A stretch of 15,353 bases of DNA, from the NCBI GenBank assembly GCA_046318155.1, contig JBKCUU010000049.1, positions 1 through 15,353 of the forward strand, written 5' to 3'. The notes beneath the pieces were generated by a model that worked only from the letters and a program-made list of their open reading frames with translations, was not told the DNA's origin and ran no database searches. Of this stretch, positions 8,699 through 15,353 are shown one piece after another; position 1 is the stretch's first letter, and the number at the start of each line of letters is the position of its first letter. The DNA is from Bdellovibrio sp. (GTDB taxonomy: Bacteria > Bdellovibrionota > Bdellovibrionia > Bdellovibrionales > Bdellovibrionaceae). The position numbers and the translations under genes were made by a program.

Positions 8699-8773
8699 TT
8701 AGGACCCGACGGAAGGTGAAAGAAGGACGGCATGACTGGTTTGAATCATCTTTGCAGTTTTCTTCAAGATCAT
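8699..8773 (-). CDS. Candidate leader peptide/uORF, 24 aa (MILKKTAKMIQTSHAVLLSPSVGS)
   Basis: AAAGGAGGT 4 nt before ATG 8773; TAA at 8701-8699; same strand as and upstream of the ABCC exporter. Too short for the ORF track. Confidence 0.55.
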   Translation of the reverse strand: MILKKTAKMIQTSHAVLLSPSVGS

Positions 8774-8850
8774 GGGTACCTCCTTTCAATCAGAGATCGC
8801 GAGGACTGATTTGTTAGAATCAGTTTTATTCATCACCGCGCGACAACAAC

Positions 8851-8879
8851 AAACTAAACGACAAGCCGTGTCTTTTCAA
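8851..8879 (-). promoter_or_regulatory. Possible sigma70-type promoter for the uORF/ABC exporter transcript
   Basis: TTGAAA-17 bp-TAGTTT on the minus strand. Confidence 0.45.
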
Positions 8880-8892
8880 GTACGAAAAAGCG

Positions 8893-9429
8893 ATGAACGC
8901 ATTGAACCAGACCCCGAAACCTAAAGCCGGCGCACCAATCAAGTTAAATTATCAAGCTAAGTCTCCGGAACTCGCAGCACTTTTAGTGGGTCATTGGTTC
9001 ACCGATTTGCCGAATTTTAGCGCTTTTTTATTTCATGAAATTCCAGATTTGAACTGGGCGGGCTTTTATTTTAGCGACACCACCAGACTGATCTTGGGTC
9101 CATTTATGGGAAAACCCGCCTGCACCGAAATCGACTTCGCGCGCGGGGTCTGCGGCGCGAGCTTCACACGTCAGGAGCCCTTGATCGTGGCTGATGTGCA
9201 TGCTTATCCAGGTCACATCGCTTGTGACGCCAATTCAAATTCTGAAATGGTTTTACCGGTGATTCAGCATGAACGCTGCGTGGGCGTCTTGGATTTAGAT
9301 TCGCCCAGCTTGCTTCGCTTCAGTGAAGAGGATCTTTGCGGCGTTCAATCTTGGCTGGATCTGTTGGTTCTAAAAACGGATCTTCGTGCCTTGGTTGCAA
9401 CGCTTGAAAAACAGCCGCCGTCTCGTTGA
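8893..9429 (+). CDS. msrC: GAF-domain protein, free methionine-(R)-sulfoxide reductase (MsrC/YebR) family
   Basis: Family motifs LNWAGFY, LGPFMGKPAC..I...GVCG, VADVHAYPGHIACD..S.SE.V.P and GVLDLDSP...RF...D, with the three conserved Cys. Confidence 0.88.
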   Translation: MNALNQTPKPKAGAPIKLNYQAKSPELAALLVGHWFTDLPNFSAFLFHEIPDLNWAGFYFSDTTRLILGPFMGKPACTEIDFARGVCGASFTRQEPLIVADVHAYPGHIACDANSNSEMVLPVIQHERCVGVLDLDSPSLLRFSEEDLCGVQSWLDLLVLKTDLRALVATLEKQPPSR

Positions 9430-10507
9430 TCGTGCGGTTTGAAATCACCGGGTTCGACCCAAAGTAACCAAACGCACGCAGGCTATCCACTCGAAAGGGA
9501 TCCGGGGATTGGTTTTTAAGATTCAAAGCACTTTGGTATTGAACGTCTGCAAAGAGCGTCTCGGTCTTCCAAACTGGAAAGTAAAATTGCCCCCAAAGCC
9601 TTACGGTTTGAGCAATATGGCAGCTCACGCAATCGACTGTTCCGGGGTTGTGCCGATCCGGATTTTCGAATTCGTAAGCACGCTTGATCACGGCCTGCAA
9701 TTCAGACTCGCTTGCTTGAGATTTCATGGCAGACGAGTCACTTAAAAAATTGAGCAACGCCGTTTCTTCCGCGGGCACGGGATTCATCTGCGCGCGAAAC
9801 TCTCGAAGCGTGTGGTTATCGACAAAAAACGCCTGCGCCCCGAAGTTCACACGCGGAACCATCAAACGCACCATTTGTCCGTCAACGACATCAAACGCTC
9901 CAAACACCCAAACCGTCCCAATAGGATTGACGGTCATAAAAGTGATGCGCTTTAGATTTTTTTCGCCCGCATATTTCAGCAAGACCGAACGCAAGCCGCG
10001 CCAGTAATCCGAGGCATAGCCATGTCTGACCACACCGGGGTGAATGCTCATCGCCTGCGACCTGTCCCCCACCGAATAAGGTTTTAAGTCCTGAAGCAAA
10101 TTTTGAAATTGTGCATCCATCAGATCATAAAACGAGTGAAGAGCAGCATCCTGAGCCATCGACACACGTCGATCTGTCAGAAGTGGTTGCCACACCATCC
10201 GAATCTGAGGCCGACAAAGTAGCGGCCCGGTTCCTTCAAAAAAACAGGGATCAATCCGAACACTGACAACCTTGAGCCGATTCTCATAAAGATCGGTCCA
10301 ATCGTCCCCAACAACAATCGTCGGCAAATCTTTGATCAAATTCGGCGGCATCAAGACTCCAAGCGAAGCCCCTTCACTCAAAACCCCAAGCGTCTCAGCC
10401 ATCTCCCCCGCCGAAGGCAAGGGCAACAAAATCGAATAATCATTCAAACTCTGCGCCCCGGCAAAGCCCCCAAAGAAAAACACAAAACCAAATAAAATCT
10501 TTCTCAC
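9320..10507 (-). CDS. Secreted hypothetical protein with a single CxxCH motif (possible monoheme c-type cytochrome)
   Basis: Signal-peptide-like start MRKILFGFVFFFGGFAGA; GTG 10507 with AGGGA at 10521-10517 (TTG 10516 is the alternative); CVSCH encoded at 9631-9617; ~395-aa open frame. Confidence 0.75.
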   Translation of the reverse strand: MRKILFGFVFFFGGFAGAQSLNDYSILLPLPSAGEMAETLGVLSEGASLGVLMPPNLIKDLPTIVVGDDWTDLYENRLKVVSVRIDPCFFEGTGPLLCRPQIRMVWQPLLTDRRVSMAQDAALHSFYDLMDAQFQNLLQDLKPYSVGDRSQAMSIHPGVVRHGYASDYWRGLRSVLLKYAGEKNLKRITFMTVNPIGTVWVFGAFDVVDGQMVRLMVPRVNFGAQAFFVDNHTLREFRAQMNPVPAEETALLNFLSDSSAMKSQASESELQAVIKRAYEFENPDRHNPGTVDCVSCHIAQTVRLWGQFYFPVWKTETLFADVQYQSALNLKNQSPDPFRVDSLRAFGYFGSNPVISNRTINETAAVFQALQPRHEDPFLEPTDPAKIERRKDPLH

Positions 10508-10582
10508 AAAACCCAATCCCTAAAAATCAATCCACCAAATCCATAAAAGCCCAACAAAGAAAAGAAACAATCCGTCATTGAA

Positions 10583-10628
10583 CTGGCCGACGCCGAAAGG
10601 CGGGCCCAAGCGCGGCGCCGAAGGCCAG
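10583..10628. repeat. Small GC-rich REP-like hairpin cluster
   Basis: CTGGCC/GGCCAG outer inverted repeat enclosing CGCC-GAAA-GGCG (10591-10602) and overlapping GCC-GAA-GGC (10617-10625). Confidence 0.45.
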
Positions 10629-10647
10629 CCAACAAGAAGGGGGAAGA

Positions 10648-10767
10648 GCGAGCGCTCATGGCGTCAGATCCGAGGCCGCAGGGCTGACCCGACTGAGGCA
10701 TGGCTTCAGCCATGTCGCAGGGAGAGGTCAGACCGAGAACGAAGGAGCTGGCGTCATGAGCGCTCGC
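10648..10767 (+). repeat. 120-nt rod-shaped palindromic element, copy A (REP/MITE-like or structured RNA)
   Basis: 20-bp terminal stem 10648-10667/10748-10767 with two G-T wobbles on the + strand; inner CTGACC/GGTCAG stem; apical GGCATGGC-TTCA-GCCATGTC hairpin. Confidence 0.7.
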
Positions 10768-10773
10768 GGCAGT

Positions 10774-11499
10774 CTAGAAGTCCGCGATCTGGTCTGCGAG
10801 AGCTGAGTTATCCACAAAAGGATTACGATTCCCTTGGGCTTTTTCGATCTCATCATTGCGATACCGATCAAAATCATCCACGGGGTCATCCATGTTCCAT
10901 TTGCGCAAAGTCGCTTCTTCATCAGGCTGAATAGCCAACCGGTAGCGAATCGAAAAGTAGAACAGAGCGCGCGCAACGTTTCCGCGGTGAGATTTGGGTG
11001 GCTCAAAAATCCAGTTGCCCATGGGGTCACGGCCGATGCGCGACTGGGGGCATTTCAAGTTGCGTTCTGGATCATTCACTTCACCAAACTTGTTATTGCC
11101 GCGAACCGAGTTCATCTGATTGTCGCTGGGATACAAGTGGTGCATGTCTGATTTTTGAAAATCTTTAGCTCCCCCGCCGAATCGGCTTTGGGGCCAGGTG
11201 TGCTCAGTGTTCAAAATCGTCTCTTTCGGAATTTGACCGGGACCAGGAGGATTCGACGAAAAATCACGGTGGCCGAATTCTTTTTCACAGTAGACATCTT
11301 TGATGAAGTACTGACCATTGGAACTTTGCAGATGGATTTTACCCATCAGAACTTCACGGGCTTGTCGGTAACCGAGTGAACGGTGATTTGCCGTCATGTC
11401 CGCATACAGCTGATCTTTGAGCTTGCTTGGTGCTGTGCGAGCCCAAGAAATTTGAGTAAATGCGACGAGTATGAGAAATCCACTGAACCACTTTGACAT
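10774..11499 (-). CDS. Secreted endonuclease I-family (EndA/Dns/Bsn-like) nuclease
   Basis: Signal peptide; motifs NTEHTWPQS, SDMHHLYPSD...NSVRGN..FGEV, FEPP...RGNVARALFYF..RY, W...DPVD...RN..I...QGNRNPFVD. GGAGG 7 nt before the ATG. Confidence 0.93.
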   Translation of the reverse strand: MSKWFSGFLILVAFTQISWARTAPSKLKDQLYADMTANHRSLGYRQAREVLMGKIHLQSSNGQYFIKDVYCEKEFGHRDFSSNPPGPGQIPKETILNTEHTWPQSRFGGGAKDFQKSDMHHLYPSDNQMNSVRGNNKFGEVNDPERNLKCPQSRIGRDPMGNWIFEPPKSHRGNVARALFYFSIRYRLAIQPDEEATLRKWNMDDPVDDFDRYRNDEIEKAQGNRNPFVDNSALADQIADF

Positions 11500-11517
11500 C
11501 GGGCGCCCTCCAGCCGT

Positions 11518-11544
11518 CTATCGAGCCTGTTTTCGAACTTTTAA
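11518..11544 (-). promoter_or_regulatory. Possible sigma28 (FliA)-like promoter for the nuclease
   Basis: TTAAAAGT-N11-CTCGATAG loosely resembles the TAAAGTTT-N11-GCCGATAA consensus. Confidence 0.25.
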
Positions 11545-11666
11545 CAATCACTGAACAAGAACTGATTAAGAACTCTCGACTTTGTAGCCCGAGCCAAAAC
11601 CAAAAAGGTAGCAAAAATAGGGGACCCTAACCATCTCTTGTTAATGAGTGCTTTAGACACCGCAAG

Positions 11667-11680
11667 TCAAGAATTCTTGA
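11667..11680. promoter_or_regulatory. Perfect 14-bp palindrome between divergent nuclease and SDR genes
   Basis: TCAAGAATTCTTGA is its own reverse complement. Confidence 0.35.
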
Positions 11681-11760
11681 GACTTCCCGCCTGACTTCGC
11701 ATGAAATCCAAAGCGTCTTGTCATTTTTCCTGTCGAGCACGACCTTCTTTCTCGCCGAAC

Positions 11761-11789
11761 TTGGAGGGGCGCCTCGATTTTGCGACAAT
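11761..11789 (+). promoter_or_regulatory. Sigma70-type promoter placing the TSS at the SDR start codon
   Basis: TTGGAG-17 bp-GACAAT with extended TG (11781-11782); ATG begins 7 nt after the -10 hexamer. Confidence 0.45.
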
Positions 11790-11795
11790 AAGCCC

Positions 11796-12770
11796 ATGTT
11801 AAAAAATTGGCTCTACGTCCATTTCTTCCGGCGCCAGCCGCAGCAATTTAAGCCAGTGATCTTGGTCACGGGGTGCGCTTCGGGTATTGGCCTGTCACTG
11901 GCGCGCAGCCTCAGCAAGCTCACGCAATACCGAATTGTTCTCACCGCACGCGAAAATTCACTTCACCATTTGCGTGAAAGGTTCGTTGAGGACTCAAGGC
12001 TTTGGATCAGGCCCCTCGACGTCACCTCGGCCGAGCAGCGTGAAGCCTTGATTCTTGAGATCAACCGCAAATGGGGCGGCGTCAATGTTTTAGTCAACAA
12101 CGCAGGTGTGAGTTACCGTGCCGTCGTTGAACACATGAGCAATGAGTCTGAGCTGCAGCAAATGGCGATCAACTATTTTGGACCGATGGCTTTAATCCGC
12201 CTGATTCTGCCGACGATGCGCGATTGCGGACGCGGCAAGATCATCAACGTCTCGTCGGTGAGCGGGATGCTCGCGATGCCGACGATGGCCTCGTACAGCG
12301 CTTCGAAGCACGCCCTTGAAGGCGCGAGTGAGGCTCTTTGGTATGAGACCAAACCTTTTGGAATCGATGTGTGCCTGATCCAGCCTGGCTTTATACGCTC
12401 AAATAGTTTTGAAAAGGTGGCTTACACGGAAAAATCAAATCCCGAGAAGTGGAACCGCAGTGCTTACTCGGATTACTATAAAAACATGTCCCCGTTTATT
12501 CAGAAAATGATGGGCCGCTCACGCTCGACTCCCGATGATATTTCGAAAATTGTTATCCGCACCATCCAGGAGCCAAATCCTCCCTTGTGGATCCCTGCGA
12601 CCTTAGATGCTTGGGTGTTTTACTATCTGCGCCGCTTGATTCCAAGGCGTTGGCTGATGCCCTTGTTGTTTTATTGTTTGCCCAATGCCCGCCACTGGGC
12701 CGAAAAATCTACCCACAGCCGCAGACTCAAGTTGAAACAAATCTTTCGCCGAGACCCCGGCAAGAGTTAG
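11796..12770 (+). CDS. Short-chain dehydrogenase/reductase (classical SDR)
   Basis: VILVTGCASGIG (TGxxxGxG), VLVNNAG, IINVSS, catalytic YSASK, IQPG. ATG 11796 is preferred over TTG 11718. Confidence 0.93.
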   Translation: MLKNWLYVHFFRRQPQQFKPVILVTGCASGIGLSLARSLSKLTQYRIVLTARENSLHHLRERFVEDSRLWIRPLDVTSAEQREALILEINRKWGGVNVLVNNAGVSYRAVVEHMSNESELQQMAINYFGPMALIRLILPTMRDCGRGKIINVSSVSGMLAMPTMASYSASKHALEGASEALWYETKPFGIDVCLIQPGFIRSNSFEKVAYTEKSNPEKWNRSAYSDYYKNMSPFIQKMMGRSRSTPDDISKIVIRTIQEPNPPLWIPATLDAWVFYYLRRLIPRRWLMPLLFYCLPNARHWAEKSTHSRRLKLKQIFRRDPGKS

Positions 12771-12801
12771 CTGGGTCAATGGCTCAAAGGCAAAAATTGC
12801 C

Positions 12802-12830
12802 TTGCTATTTACATATTATTTACATATCGT
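12802..12830 (+). promoter_or_regulatory. dinB promoter overlapped by a tandem 11-bp direct repeat
   Basis: TTGCTA-17 bp-TATCGT; TATTTACATAT x2 at 12806-12827; ATG begins 7 nt after the -10 hexamer; no SD. Confidence 0.55.
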
Positions 12831-12836
12831 CAAAAC

Positions 12837-13919
<1,083 letters not shown>

Positions 13920-13941
13920 TTCGGATGACCACTCATAGGCG

Positions 13942-14012
13942 AGATCATATTTTGAGATTATTTTCATTTTTTGAGCCAAAACTTGAATAAAAAGATCATA
14001 TTTTGATACCTT
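13942..14012 (+). promoter_or_regulatory. Duplicated 14-bp operator and promoter upstream of the small ORF and XRE regulator
   Basis: AGATCATATTTTGA at 13942-13955 and 13993-14006 (51 bp apart; the second reads ATCA-N5-TGAT). The second copy fills the spacer of TTGAAT-18 bp-TACCTT, with extended TG at 14004-14005. Confidence 0.6.
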
Positions 14013-14094
14013 TAACTTCAAGGTTGCGACCAGTCCAAAGCTCAGACATCTTCGCTTCAAGACAACGCCATGAACCTGAAGAAAGGGACTGAAG

Positions 14095-14238
14095 ATGAAC
14101 CAAATATTGAAACAACTCAAAAATGTGAAGATGCTGTTTAGCCGGTTATTGAATGGCCCCGCGTCTGTGGGCGAAGCCCTGCGCTCCTCGGGACTGCACG
14201 ACCATTCGGTTCGCGCACCTCGATCTTGCTGGATGTAA
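14095..14238 (+). CDS. Candidate small protein, 47 aa (MNQILKQLKNVKMLFSRLLNGPASVGEALRSSGLHDHSVRAPRSCWM)
   Basis: GAAAGGGA 6 nt before ATG 14095; TAA at 14236-14238 lies 3 nt before the regulator's GAGG SD; amphipathic-looking N-terminus. Confidence 0.5.
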   Translation: MNQILKQLKNVKMLFSRLLNGPASVGEALRSSGLHDHSVRAPRSCWM

Positions 14239-14251
14239 CGAGAGGAACTTT

Positions 14252-15067
14252 ATGGATCAATTCAAAGCCAAGAAAATTAAAGACGTCCTTAAGAATCTGC
14301 TAAAAACGCGAGGGCTCACCTACCAAGATTTAGCCGCCGATCTGGAGTGCTCACTCCCCACGGTGAAGCGCATCTTAGGTCCCGAAGAGTTGACTCTGAC
14401 CCGGCTTTTGCAATTGTGCGAGATCTTAGAAATCGATCTTGCTGATCTCGAAGCTTTGACGACAGAAACAAATGACCGCGAAGAAAAATTTTCGCCAGCG
14501 CAGGATCAATTCTTGGCCAAGAATCCTCACATGTTTGCCTATTTGATGAAACTTTTTAGCGGCGAAAGTCCAAAAAAAATTGCCGAACAAAGCGGACTAA
14601 CTCCCAGGTCGACCGACAAGTACCTCATTGCTCTCGAAAAACAGGGCTTGATTCGCGTGAGTGCGAGACAAAAAGTGAAACCAGCATTCCGCCGCATCCC
14701 CACCTTAGGACGAGGGCCATTGGCTAAAACTTTTTTCGAGTCCATGATTCGGGCTGCCGCCCAATTTTTTATCAACAGTATTCACGAGAGCTTTTCAAAA
14801 GCCGAACAACCAACTGACCTGGCCAACGGTAAAAAATTCGGAATCTTAAGCTTGCAGTTGTCGAAGATTTCTTACCGGCAGTGGGCAGAGGAACAAGAAA
14901 AGAATTTGCGGCATCTCGAGAAGCTCTCAAATTACGAAGAAAAAGCGCTCCCACCCGAGCAATTGATGACCCTGGTGGTTCTCAGCGCCCACACGATGGT
15001 ACCAACAGATGACCCGGGCCTCAAAACGATCAACAACTCGATGGGACAGATCATGCCTCTCTCCTAA
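14252..15067 (+). CDS. XRE/Cro-CI-type helix-turn-helix transcriptional regulator with a second winged-helix-like domain
   Basis: N-terminal LKNLLKTRGLTYQDLAADLECSLPTVKRIL...LTLTRLLQLCEILEI; central SPKKIAEQSGLT.....KYLIALEKQGLI. GAGG at 14242-14245 supports ATG 14252 (271 aa) rather than 14153. Confidence 0.88.
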   Translation: MDQFKAKKIKDVLKNLLKTRGLTYQDLAADLECSLPTVKRILGPEELTLTRLLQLCEILEIDLADLEALTTETNDREEKFSPAQDQFLAKNPHMFAYLMKLFSGESPKKIAEQSGLTPRSTDKYLIALEKQGLIRVSARQKVKPAFRRIPTLGRGPLAKTFFESMIRAAAQFFINSIHESFSKAEQPTDLANGKKFGILSLQLSKISYRQWAEEQEKNLRHLEKLSNYEEKALPPEQLMTLVVLSAHTMVPTDDPGLKTINNSMGQIMPLS

Positions 15068-15254
15068 ATAAAACTGAAAGCTCGGCTCATATCCCGCAAT
15101 GAAGAGATCAGCCAGACCTCTCTGGCAAGACAAGCGATCTTGAACCAAATTACTGGCTAAAAACCAAACAGCGCGAAATTTTCGAATGTATGAGAAAACG
15201 GGGCTCCCCCAACTATTGACTAACGCATAAATAAAGGCGCAGTGGGCGATGGGA

Positions 15255-15352
15255 TTGCTGAGCGAAAAATGGCGCACAGAGAAAAAGCCCCGGAGGCGTG
15301 GCTAAAGCCACGTCGAGGAGCTTTTTCGAGTACGTCATTTTGTAGCCAGCAA
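15255..15352 (+). repeat. ~98-nt rod-shaped palindromic element, copy B (may extend beyond the window)
   Basis: Nested stems TTGCTG/CAGCAA, AAAATGGCG/CGTCATTTT, GAAAAAGC/GCTTTTTC and apical GGCGTGGC-TAAA-GCCACGTC; shares motifs with 10648-10767. Confidence 0.7.
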
Positions 15353-15353
15353 G

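Noticed and set aside
8555..8700. c-di-GMP-I (GEMM) riboswitch or 6S RNA, suggested by GGGCGCAAAG (-) and GCCTTAAAA/TTGAACC (+) fragments
   Set aside because: The GEMM GGCAAA segment, GNRA loop and receptor stem are not correctly arranged, and the 6S-like fragments do not assemble into a closing stem plus bubble. An Rfam scan would settle it.
10583..10628. Hammerhead ribozyme in the three-way hairpin
   Set aside because: No CUGANGA core on either strand.
10504..10934. ORFs 10504..10713(-) and 10578..10934(+)
   Set aside because: They run through GC-rich palindromes or antisense to the nuclease and give Arg/Ala/Ser-biased, non-protein-like translations.
11718..11795. N-terminal extension of the SDR from TTG 11718
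   Set aside because: No SD; the extension covers the putative promoter, and the SDR fold starts after ATG 11796.
14153..14251. N-terminal extension of the XRE regulator from ATG 14153
   Set aside because: No SD; overlaps the 47-aa ORF; ATG 14252 has GAGG and directly precedes the HTH.
14927..15277. 116-aa minus-strand ORF
   Set aside because: Starts inside the palindromic element, overlaps the regulator antisense, and has no motif.

Overview
A 15.3-kb chromosomal window of mostly housekeeping and secreted-hydrolase genes. The gene set suggests a Bdellovibrionota-type predatory bacterium (inference only). Gene order: DUF2062 membrane protein (+), argS (-), secreted S8 subtilase with PA domain (-), single-chain eukaryote-style ABCC/MRP exporter (-), GAF/MsrC-type protein (+), secreted hypothetical protein with one CxxCH motif (-), secreted endonuclease I (-), SDR oxidoreductase (+), dinB (+), XRE-type HTH regulator (+). 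I see no tRNA, rRNA, CRISPR array, transposase or defence operon. The most interesting signals are intergenic. (1) A 24-codon uORF with a near-perfect Shine-Dalgarno sits in a structured leader upstream of the MRP-like exporter, a candidate ribosome-dependent attenuator. (2) Two related ~100-120-nt rod-shaped palindromic elements share an apical motif with a compensatory base change. (3) A ~180-nt foldable RNA candidate lies between the DUF2062 gene and argS. (4) A 47-aa small ORF and a duplicated 14-bp operator precede the XRE regulator. (5) The SDR gene and dinB look leaderless, with an 11-bp tandem repeat in the dinB promoter. All folds and promoters were assigned by eye; no computation or database search was run.
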